A stretch of DNA of 64,000 nucleotides from Oopsacas minuta (Eukaryota > Animalia > Porifera). The notes under the pieces are model-generated. The model saw only the letters and a program-made list of their open reading frames with translations, had not been told where the DNA came from and did not search any database. The position numbers were made by a program, and so were the translations under genes. Where the stretch lies: assembly GCA_024704765.1 (NCBI GenBank), contig JAKMXF010000210.1, forward strand, positions 658,286-722,285, given 5' to 3'. How positions within the stretch are numbered: position 1 is the first letter of the stretch; the number at the start of each line of letters is the position of its first letter. Below are positions 51,601-61,337 of the stretch, one piece after another.

Positions 51601-52982
51601 AGCTTACGTTTTCATATTCTCATGACTTTTTCAGGTTGATGAATATATAAATAAAGGATTGTTGAGATTAATGAGAAAATATTTAGCTCTGTTCTTATAT
51701 TTCGATTTCAAAATGAATACCAATAATATTGCTTCTATCGTTCAAGCGATCACAAAAGATGGTACAACTAACGTGACTTTAGATACATTAGATGAAGTGA
51801 TTGATACTAAAAGACTTTTGTCTCTTAATAATTGTAAATTTGAGAACTTAATTTCCGAATCTATTCAGTTTGCAAACAAATCAGAATATGAAACATATTA
51901 TTCCTCTAAGTTCAAGGAAATACGAAGAAAGCTAACAAGTCGCAGAGCTGGTCATAAGTGCCAAGAAAAGAAAATCATGAATAAAGAGCGGAACAATGCC
52001 GAGATAGAAATTTTAAAACGGAGAAAACTACTTTTCTTAGAAGAGAAATTCATGCTTATAAGAGAAATCGATTATTACTCATACGCGATTAATTCCAACT
52101 TTTGTAATTGCAACTATAATTTTGACCAAAAATTAGCTTAGGGGGGCATCTATGATCATTATAGGTTGAAAATTTTGCTTTTCCATATACTCTTGTTTGC
52201 TATTTACATTTATTTATAAACCTTCTTTTATGAGATGATTCTGATTTGTTGATATTAATTTTGTTAATTCTCATATTAAATGTCTTATATTTACAACTAA
52301 CCTCGTTCCTCTCTTCATATTCCTCTAAACTGACGATAAGGCAGTTGATAAACGTAACTAGAATCAATTTGTAATCATCTAGCTCAGCGTGTTTAAGTTC
52401 GTTGATAACAGAACTGAATGTATATGGTAAGCCTCTCAGTTGTTGCACTTGTTGGAGAGTCCTCATAGTAGTCTCGTAGCCGCCCTCAGAGTATATGCAC
52501 AGTGCACTGAGTAGCTCTAGTATCTGAATCTTCAACAATACATTTTCTGTATCTAATGATCTGCTAATTTGTATCGCAAATATCTCTAAAGTATCTTCCG
52601 AGGTTATAATATATCTTAATCCACCTCCATTATTCATTATTGCCCTTATGCATTGGATGCATTCTAGTTGTTTGACTGCGTCCATAAATGAGCCTAACCC
52701 TTTCTTACTTAGAACGTCCAGACTGTCGAATATAACTTGCATTCCTCCATGTTCCAGAAATCCTTCTATCCAGTCAGGTGGACATTTGAGTAGTTTCGCT
52801 TTGAGCTTGCCGAACGAACCAAGATGATGACGGCAGAATTCTACCACTAGCTCTGGAGCTGCACTGTCCCATAGATGTTTGTTCTCTGGTTCGGTTTTCT
52901 GTTTTGTGAAGAATCGGTCTTTTAAATTACCCCATCCATCTGTTGGCGCTCCTGATTTCAATCCTAGGTTTCCAGTTGCCAT
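48628..52982 (-). CDS. INF2: Inverted formin 2-like formin (DID-FH1-FH2-WH2/DAD), 2 exons
   Basis: Exons 52982-52302 and 51384-48628 (GTTAGT..TAG intron, phase 0; junction ERNE|VRHEF). DWIEGFLEHGGM (DID), MRTLKWEKI and GSYAGSAAGFKISSL (FH2), IIENLMGEIKRGLTLK (WH2/DAD). Confidence 0.9.
51713..52141 (+). CDS. Divergent CNC-like bZIP protein nested antisense in the INF2 intron
   Basis: IDTKRLLSLNNCKFENLI..KEIRRKLTSRRAGHKCQEKK plus zipper-like NAEIEILKRRKLLFLEEKFMLIREI parallels the Nrf/CNC bZIP layout. First plausible ATG at 51713. Confidence 0.65.
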   Translation: MNTNNIASIVQAITKDGTTNVTLDTLDEVIDTKRLLSLNNCKFENLISESIQFANKSEYETYYSSKFKEIRRKLTSRRAGHKCQEKKIMNKERNNAEIEILKRRKLLFLEEKFMLIREIDYYSYAINSNFCNCNYNFDQKLA

Positions 52983-53485
52983 TATAATCTAATAATTATA
53001 TTTGGAAGTGCAGTTTTTAGTAATTGTCTTTGGATTTATCACAAAGCCTTTAAGTGATTATATATTTATATAATTTCTACAGATGCCTGAATGCATCTTA
53101 TTTCCTTTATGCTTATTAGATTAATCTAGGTGTCTGAAATTTATTGAAATCTTTCAATTCATTTGCACGAATCAATGAAATCAATTGACTCGCCTAATGT
53201 AGACATTTTCAGTAATAATACTCATACATTTTAGGAATAAGTATTTATTATCCATATGCCACCTGAAACTTTATAAAGTAAGCCTACCCTTAATGTAATC
53301 AATAATTTTGGCCACTAAATCTCTTACGTCAGCCATTTGTTATACTGCAATAATATTATGCCCTGAAAAGAGATAATATTATTTTATTCGTTTCTACTTA
53401 TTCTCTTAGCAAATAACTTATCTGTATTCGCGAGATACTAGGTATATAATAAATCAAAGAAATTTGATAACGATACATATTTAGA

Positions 53486-54928
53486 ATGAGTAAAAGAAGA
53501 GAGAGCAGTCTGGATGATGTTATGAACGAGTTAGGGCAATTTAATACTTACCAATTGAGATTATTTCTGATTTTACTGCCTTTCAACCTGTCCAGCTCTT
53601 TCTATATAATTTTTGTCATGTTTCTGAACCAATCACCAAGCTGGTACTGCAATGATCCGGTATCGAAAGGTTCTAAGTGGAATCAACTTTGTGAAGAAGA
53701 TTGGGCAATTAATATACTTTTATCGATTGCTTTTGTTGGTGCTATGTTTGGTTCTTATTTCTTTGGCTATTTTGCTGATAAATACGGTAGAATGCCAATG
53801 TATTTATTTGGAGTTGTTAGCCTTGAAGTCTTGAGCTTATGCCTCGGCGTTTTTTATGGTAACTATTGTCTATTTGCTGTTTATATATTATTGTGTGGGT
53901 TTTCAATGCAGGGTACTTATCAAGTCAGCTTTGTTCTGCTTCTAGAATTCGTTGGTCAGGATAAGAGAACGCTCATCTCTACACTGATTACTCTCTGTGG
54001 AACTCTTGGTTATATTTTGACTCCTCTCGTTGCATTTCTTGTTCCAAACCATCGCGTGTTATACTTGAGTTTGTCTGTTGTGTATATTGGAATATTACTT
54101 ACTTATTCCTTAGTGCCTGAATCTCCTCGCTGGCTTCTGCTCACGCGTCAACATTCCAAGTTAAAAGCTCTTCTTGACCAAATAGCCACAATAAATGGGA
54201 CTCAATATTCCACTCTTACTTTCAGCAAATTATCTTCTCATGGCTCATCTACTGAACAATCTACCTGTTTAACCTCTATAGGGATGTTTACTAAACCGAT
54301 TATTCGCTCACGCATCTATATATCTTCTTTCGTATGGTTTGTAGTATGCAGCTCATATTATGGACTCTCGTACAGCGCCAAATTACTAGATGGAAGCATT
54401 CACATGAATGTATTCCTGGGCGGAGTTGTAGAGTTTCCTTCCATCATGTTAGCTTATCTCCTGCTGCAGTATAAAGGAAGGAGAATTAGTCTAGCGATAA
54501 TGACGCTAATAATTTCTTTTTGCACCTTTGGTTCTGTCCTGAGCTCTTTCTTTAATTTCGAGAGAGAACTAATCTTATTTACATTATCTGCCAAATGTTT
54601 TGTCTCAGGTACATTTCTTATTTTGTATATTTATACTCTTGAATTACTCCCGACATCTGTTCGAACTATTGGGTTAGGTGTTTGCTCTGTTTTTGCTAGA
54701 ATTGGCGGTATAAGTGTACCAGTGGTTCTAGCTGCTCTACCTGACCGGATATATGTCTTCTTATACTTCTCTGTGATTACTCTATTAGCTGTGTTGGTTC
54801 TCCTGCTTCTACCCGAGACAAGAGGCATCCCCATGCCCGATTCAATCGAGCAACTCATTTCTCAAGAGACCTACACTAGCAAGATCTCTTCACAATTAGT
54901 TCACTTGGAAAATTCAGACAATGATTGA
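53486..54928 (+). CDS. SLC22/organic cation transporter-like MFS protein
   Basis: FADKYGRMP, VPESPRWL, YTLELLPTSVRTIGLG, LPETRG; about 12 TM segments. Confidence 0.92.
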   Translation: MSKRRESSLDDVMNELGQFNTYQLRLFLILLPFNLSSSFYIIFVMFLNQSPSWYCNDPVSKGSKWNQLCEEDWAINILLSIAFVGAMFGSYFFGYFADKYGRMPMYLFGVVSLEVLSLCLGVFYGNYCLFAVYILLCGFSMQGTYQVSFVLLLEFVGQDKRTLISTLITLCGTLGYILTPLVAFLVPNHRVLYLSLSVVYIGILLTYSLVPESPRWLLLTRQHSKLKALLDQIATINGTQYSTLTFSKLSSHGSSTEQSTCLTSIGMFTKPIIRSRIYISSFVWFVVCSSYYGLSYSAKLLDGSIHMNVFLGGVVEFPSIMLAYLLLQYKGRRISLAIMTLIISFCTFGSVLSSFFNFERELILFTLSAKCFVSGTFLILYIYTLELLPTSVRTIGLGVCSVFARIGGISVPVVLAALPDRIYVFLYFSVITLLAVLVLLLLPETRGIPMPDSIEQLISQETYTSKISSQLVHLENSDND

Positions 54929-55231
54929 GTATAATTAATTTTGGTGTACTTATTATAATTAATTTGATTCTAACATTATTTCTAAACGGCAAAATGATTG
55001 TATATGATAAATTTTTTGGTACACGAATCACATAATTATTATTCGACCTGCTTTGCACCTTCAATCGTAATATAACTCAGAATTCTTGAGAATTTGACAC
55101 ACCTTGGGCCACGTATTTTATTGTATATTGTAAAACGGATAGGAATACAACATTTTGCATTATCCTGCTCTCAAGCATTCTATCACTGATATACTGTACT
55201 TATATTCTAGATTGTATTTCAATTCTATAGG

Positions 55232-56728
55232 ATGTCACGTACTTTCCAATATAATCTCGACCAAATTCTTCCCGTCGTGCAGATGAAATTTATACCGAAC
55301 CCTTTCGAAAAATTATGTGTCAAATTAGAAACGGCCTTCCTTACTGATTATTCTATAGACAATGAAAAGATGGATTATAACTTTGATTTTGAGCAAGACG
55401 TCGTGATGAAATCAACTGAACAGCTTCAGAGCGTTTTTGCGAGCGAACCTTGTTCGAATGGGACGAAAATTATTCCTTCCGAATTGGTTTTCCCTATTGA
55501 GAAACTTATAACTACTAATTCCTCTCCTTCCTTGCAGGATCAACATGACAATGGAAACGGGTCTCAGCTAAATATTGAAGGCTTTGATACTCAAAGCACT
55601 GACCCTTTTCAAGAAGCTGAATTGAAGGCCATCAATGACATCGAAGAGCTTCAAACACTCATATTTCCTCTTGCTCCGCTAAACACGCCCTTTGATGATG
55701 AGAGTAAACCTGCAGAGCTGTCTACAGCTACTCCTACTCTCTATCATCAACCTGAGAATCTTATTATTCCAAATGAGACTAATGCAATCAATGATCAATT
55801 AGGATATCCCATACAACCTACTATTCTAAGTGTTATTGACGATGTACCATCAGTACCAAATAAGAGCGATCAAATTGTAGGAGAGCCCGATAAGCAATTG
55901 TATGTAAATATAGATCAGCTTCCCTCCTCTTTAGATAGTCCCGAATTTGATAACGAATCTCTATCTCCTAAACCGCCAATACCTGCCCCTAGAAAATTTA
56001 AAGGCACCACTTCGCATCCTTCAAACTCACCGACTCCTCAACCAAGATTGACTACACCTAAATCTACTCCTCGTGCTAAGCCTCTTCATACAGATCAAGT
56101 TCTCCCTGCTCCACCTAAGTATCAAGTAGACTCTACGATACCCGATAATATTGAGCAAACTACTGCTTGCATGCCGGCTGACGAATGTTCCCCTCCCTAC
56201 TCACAGATATTAAATAAGAATGACATGTATCCGTTATTCAATCCTTCATTGAAACCAAACTCACAATCAGCTAACTGCTTTGCCCTGTATGACTTGACTG
56301 AATCGATTTTAGGAGATATCAGTCGTCAGGTTAACGTAAACTCTCAGGTAGAATCTCTTCCCCAATATCAACAGCAGCAAGATCCTCTCTCAGAGGAAGA
56401 GAATATATTCAGGAGGGTAGTTGATATGGGATTTCCTATGGAATCTGTGAAAAATATTAGTATTAGTTTCGATACGAAAAATGAATCACAACTAATAGAG
56501 TATATGCTCACTATTCAGAATATGGCAGAAAGTAATGGGTGGAGTTCTGAGGCGGTGGAAACTGCTTTTATATTACTGAAAGGAGAGACTGATAAAATGA
56601 AAGATTACATGGAGACATTCTCGAAATACAAAGAGATGGGATTTCAAGAAACAAAGATACATTCAGCTCTGGCTAAGTGCGGCAAAGAATATGAAAAGAT
56701 GCTAGAAATTCTGATTGAAAGTACATAA
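55232..56728 (+). CDS. UBAP1: Ubiquitin-associated protein 1 (ESCRT-I; UMA + SOUBA)
   Basis: N-terminal UMA (YNFDFEQ), DPFQEAELKAINDIEELQTLI block, C-terminal overlapping UBAs (DMGFP, KEMGFQE). Confidence 0.85.
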   Translation: MSRTFQYNLDQILPVVQMKFIPNPFEKLCVKLETAFLTDYSIDNEKMDYNFDFEQDVVMKSTEQLQSVFASEPCSNGTKIIPSELVFPIEKLITTNSSPSLQDQHDNGNGSQLNIEGFDTQSTDPFQEAELKAINDIEELQTLIFPLAPLNTPFDDESKPAELSTATPTLYHQPENLIIPNETNAINDQLGYPIQPTILSVIDDVPSVPNKSDQIVGEPDKQLYVNIDQLPSSLDSPEFDNESLSPKPPIPAPRKFKGTTSHPSNSPTPQPRLTTPKSTPRAKPLHTDQVLPAPPKYQVDSTIPDNIEQTTACMPADECSPPYSQILNKNDMYPLFNPSLKPNSQSANCFALYDLTESILGDISRQVNVNSQVESLPQYQQQQDPLSEEENIFRRVVDMGFPMESVKNISISFDTKNESQLIEYMLTIQNMAESNGWSSEAVETAFILLKGETDKMKDYMETFSKYKEMGFQETKIHSALAKCGKEYEKMLEILIEST

Positions 56729-56887
56729 TTTGCTGTAACTAAGATACTTCTTGACTATCCATTTCTTGTTGGTGTACATTATTTGAGTATACCCTGTCCT
56801 TAAATAATTTTTATCAAAATTTATTGCAAATTTGGTAAACTTTTCAATTATTAATTTATTTGTTTAAGCATTGATTATGCATTCTTT

Positions 56888-58571
56888 ATGACAAACCAAT
56901 CTGAGTCAATGACTGGAGTCGATGATTCGACAACAAATACTACAGAACCTTTTGAGGCAGTTATCCCTTTCGAACCTCTAAACAATACAGATCTATCTAA
57001 AGTAAGAAATTACAAACCACTTCCATCAGAACTATCTCCAGAGATGATAGCATATGATGAACACCAACTTCTCAGGGAAGCATACACAAAGTTGAAGGGA
57101 GGCAAGCTTCCTGAACGGCACAGATCTTTGTCTATCATTCCAAAGTTCTACAGCAAACCGCCAAGCGAGGGGTCCTGTCTCGCCCAGAAATTAAGAGAAG
57201 AGGCTCGTAGTAGGTTCCTCAAAGAAAAGAGTACCCAGCTTCTTGACAACCAAGAGGTTTAAATCTAATTTAAGAATCATTATTATCTTAATTGAAATTC
57301 GGATTTATAATGTTCGATATATTTAGTCAAGTTTTATTGAATTCTATTTACTTCCTTAAACACAATAAATACATAGTTATGCGGCACTTTCAAAATTGCA
57401 TCGCGTAATTCCTTTCGCTGACAACAAACAAACAAACAAACAAACAACAATCGAGATTTAATGATATAGATTTATATATGAATAGGTACAGCAGATACTT
57501 CAACTCTTGGAGAAGAGAAGTAAATCTTGTTCGCAGGATAGCTATTCTAAGATTGACTTGAGTGAACAATTGATAAATTATCAAGAGTTCGTTTCTGTAG
57601 GTAAGCAGTCCTCTGCCAAATGTCAACAATTCTTTCAACCTTCAGTATTTGCTAAGCTTTTTAACGGAGATCCGTATGGCCGACTATCTGTGGCATCCTT
57701 CTTCACTTACGTGATGCGCAAAGTTTGGCTTCATCAAACTAGAATTGGACTGAGTATATACGATGTTCAGGGTCAAGGATATCTGAGGGAAACTGATTTG
57801 GAGAATTATATAATTGAACTGATTCCTACGCTGCCTCAACTAGAGTGTTTAGAAATTAGTTTCTACTCATTTTATGTATGTACAGCTGTCAGAAAATTTT
57901 TCTTTCTTCTTGACCCTATGCGTACTGGACGGATTAAAATTCAGGATATTCTTGCTTCTTCCTTTTTGGATGAGTTGCTTGAGTTAAGGGATGAAGACTT
58001 ACCTAAAGAAGTTCAGTTCTCAAATTGGTTCTCTGCTACTTCTGCCTTGAGAGTTTACGGGCAGTATCTTGCTCTGGACAGAGATCACAACGGCATGTTG
58101 AGTATTGAGGAATTATCGCATTATGCAAAGGGGACATTAACCCATGTTTTTCTAAAGCAGCTGTTTCAAGAATGTTTGACTTATGAAGGAGAAATGGATT
58201 ATAAAGCTTATCTTGATTTTGTTCTTGCAATGGAGAACAGAAAGGAGACGCAAGCACTTCAATACTTTTTCCGGATATTAGATTTGAACAAAGACGGATA
58301 CTTACACTTAATGAATCTCAATTACTTCTTTAAGGGAATACAGTTAATGTTGAATGAATGTGGACATGACCATGTAAAGTTCGAGGATGTTCAGAATGAA
58401 ATTTTTGATATGGTTAAACCCTCGCATCCTTGGCGAATAACTCTACAGGATTTGATAAGAAGTGGGCAAGGCGAAACTGTTATTAACATCCTTATAGATC
58501 TTGATGGATTCTGGATGTATGAAAATAGAGAGAATATTCTCGCTGACAACCAGGATACAGGCTATAACTAG
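56888..58571 (+). CDS. PPP2R3C: PP2A B''-gamma regulatory subunit, 2 exons
   Basis: Exons 56888-57256 and 57486-58571. IPKFY, QKLREEARSRFL, VMRKVWLHQTRIGLS, FYVCTAVRKFFF, ALRVYGQYL, EF hands. Confidence 0.95.
57425..57444 (+). repeat. (CAAA)5 microsatellite in PPP2R3C intron
   Basis: Seen directly. Confidence 0.85.
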
Positions 58572-58831
58572 ACTTGTAACCTCATTTCACTGAATTTCAT
58601 TCATTTATAGAATTAATCATTTATTAACACAAAATGCTTACCCTTCTCATTTACGTATTGACAATTTATAGCCGTTTAGGAACCATGTCATTCCAAGAGT
58701 AAATCACGGGCTACTAGACATGATATATTATTTGTAGTCCTCATTCTGAGTTATTGGTCTCGTGGCATTCTTAATGTTTTTTGTAGTACGTATAAGTTCG
58801 TATAATGTTATTGTATTTATAATTAGATTAT

Positions 58832-60055
58832 ATGGCTACTAAACAGTCTCATAATTTGCAACCTAAATATAAAGATGCTCACATGAAGTTTGATAATAAA
58901 AAGATGATTCTTTCCTATAAAATTGGCGCAGGTGGATCTGTTGCTGGGTTTATGTGGTCTTATCCTCTCTTCCATAAGTGGTCATATTTCGAGATTGAAG
59001 TTCTGAACACTGGTCGTGCAGGAACCATAACTATTGGCCTCTGTGATTTAAATTATAATCTAACAAGACAACCAGGATGGGACGGAAAATCTATTGGTTA
59101 CCATGGAGATGATGGGAAATTGTTTTGTGAACAAGGTTTTGGGAAGGCTTGGAAAGGAACACCATTCCAAGAGGGAGATATTATTGGTTGTGGTATAGAC
59201 TTCGATGCTGGCATATCCAGTTGTTGCTCTGTTTATTTTACAAAGAATGGGGAACTTATTGATACTATTTCTGATATACGTATTCCAAATGGTGGATTAT
59301 ACCCCATGATAGGGATGCACAGCCAAGGTGAGAAGGCACGACTCAATCTTCTGCCAAATGATAGAGGGTTAACCAATGAAACGGAAGGTGATGTAGATAT
59401 GGGAGAATTAGTATTGGTGCCTTCTTTGTATTATTGTTGGAGAAAAGTAAACACTAACGTATTTATTGAAGAGAATGGGACCGTGCTGACACATATGGGA
59501 GGTAACAGTGATCAGGAAGATATCAGTCTAGCCCAATGGCATATTCCAATTTCTAGAGTATTCAATTGTTTTCAGATTGAGATTTTACAAATGAATGGTT
59601 CTGTTGCTATTGGGTTGGCCATTGGGAAGTATGATTTCTTGAGTTTCCCTGGTTGGGTGTCTAGTTCAATAGCTTACCATGCAGATGATGGCAAAATGTT
59701 TCATGAGTCTGGTTATGGTGCTGCTTATGGTGAGTGTTGTAAACCAGGTGACGTCATGTCAATCTGGGCCTGCTTTAAAACAGATGAGTCAGATGCACAA
59801 CACACATTTGATGGCGGATTGTCCAAGATTACCGCTGAAGATAAATCTGCATCTGAGGATTCAGATTCTGGAGAAGAAAGCGGTGATGAAGACATTTGGG
59901 GTGGTGGCTCAAGTGTTGAGATATTCTTTAGTAAGAATGGACATAAATATAAACAAATCTCCACAAAGATTCCAAAAGGGGGATTCTATCCAACATTTGG
60001 CCTTTTGCAAAATGGAGATAAGATCAAAGTCAGTATGCAGCCTTTTAGTGGATAG
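58832..60055 (+). CDS. SPRYD3: Tandem two-SPRY-domain protein (SPRYD3-like)
   Basis: Two copies of YFEIE..IGL..PGW..SI.YH.DDGK..GD.IGCG..FTKNG..YP; acidic insert in the second domain. Confidence 0.78.
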   Translation: MATKQSHNLQPKYKDAHMKFDNKKMILSYKIGAGGSVAGFMWSYPLFHKWSYFEIEVLNTGRAGTITIGLCDLNYNLTRQPGWDGKSIGYHGDDGKLFCEQGFGKAWKGTPFQEGDIIGCGIDFDAGISSCCSVYFTKNGELIDTISDIRIPNGGLYPMIGMHSQGEKARLNLLPNDRGLTNETEGDVDMGELVLVPSLYYCWRKVNTNVFIEENGTVLTHMGGNSDQEDISLAQWHIPISRVFNCFQIEILQMNGSVAIGLAIGKYDFLSFPGWVSSSIAYHADDGKMFHESGYGAAYGECCKPGDVMSIWACFKTDESDAQHTFDGGLSKITAEDKSASEDSDSGEESGDEDIWGGGSSVEIFFSKNGHKYKQISTKIPKGGFYPTFGLLQNGDKIKVSMQPFSG

Positions 60056-60459
60056 TTTTGGTTTGTTTACATATAACATTATATTGTAACTAGATCTGAT
60101 TATTTGAAGGATACTTTAATTCTAATACATATATATTCATATTACAAACACTTGGACTCCGTTCCATTCTTACTTTGTTTCTGTTTTTTGATAATCTTGT
60201 ATTTTCTTGTCGATAGTTGTCACATACATTTTTTGCTACCTAATCTCATGTACGCTTTTTCTCTCACTTATTAGACTATTTATTAATTGGCTAGAGATTT
60301 TTGGTGAGAAGAATGAATGAGTCACCTTTGATTGTGTAGGATGAAGGAAGGATATGAATGAATGAATTGTGATATATTCAACTAGTAATGGAGATTGTTC
60401 GCTTCTTGCTATAAATTCACAGAATTCTTAGATAATTTTCATTCAAATCTTCCTAAACA

Positions 60460-61017
60460 ATGGTAACCCATTCACTTCTGTTTACTCAAAAATCTTACTC
60501 TCCATTTTGTGACTATTTTGGCCTCGCAACAGTTATCCAGAGAATGAAATTTCCACCTTCTCCATCCTTTACAGATACAAGTTCTGGATCAGATTCCCCG
60601 AACAATATACTGGATTCTAAACTTAATCCATTCGCTGCTCCTTTTTCCCCTTTGAATGTGTCTACTACTGTCATTGATACCTCCTCTCAACCCTCAGATG
60701 GTATAGTAGGGAGTACTCCAGCAGCTAACAAATCTCCTTGTCTATTGAATTCAGAGCTTCGCTTTAAGTTGCGTGTACAGAGGTGTAGAGCTGCTCAAAA
60801 TAAAGATCGTTATAGAAAAGTGAAGTTTTGTGTCTTCTGTCGCAAGAGTGGGCAATCTGAATATATTCAAAGTTCTCATATTCTTAAGAGAGATGATGGC
60901 ACAGTCTGTTGTCCTTACCTACGTGCTTATATTTGTCCTACTTGTGGAGCTACTGGTGATGACGCTCACACAATCAAATATTGCCCCGCAACTCAACCGA
61001 AGATAATTTTTACTTAA
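60460..61017 (+). CDS. nanos: Nanos (CCHC-CCHC zinc fingers, N-terminal NIM)
   Basis: CVFC..SHILK..CPYLRAYICPTCGATGDDAHTIKYCP; PFCDYFGLATVI resembles the CNOT1-interacting motif. Confidence 0.96.
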   Translation: MVTHSLLFTQKSYSPFCDYFGLATVIQRMKFPPSPSFTDTSSGSDSPNNILDSKLNPFAAPFSPLNVSTTVIDTSSQPSDGIVGSTPAANKSPCLLNSELRFKLRVQRCRAAQNKDRYRKVKFCVFCRKSGQSEYIQSSHILKRDDGTVCCPYLRAYICPTCGATGDDAHTIKYCPATQPKIIFT

Positions 61018-61337
61018 CTATAGGTACATCGAATACCCTAATATATATATTTTGTATTTCATTTTGTAGATTTGCACAAATATGCATCCGCGCTCTAATA
61101 ATACTATATATGTATATTTATATTTATACGCACAATATATATTATATGTATATTTTGATATTTCATATGTATATATTCCTACTTTATGTATCATTTCCAT
61201 ATATCCTCACATATACTTGTACATTCATACACTCTAATTAATAAACTTGAATATTTGAATCGTTATTTTTACTTGTTTGGTAATCACCACATAACAAAAC
61301 ATATTATTATCATGTCATTGCTTTTGTTAAGTAGATA

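Noticed and set aside
60981-61241. Hydrophobic ORFs 60981-61241 and 61018-61200 (also 6748-6930, 16944-17144, 32946-33344)
   Set aside because: Translations of AT-rich UTR or spacer DNA giving I/Y/F-rich artefacts.
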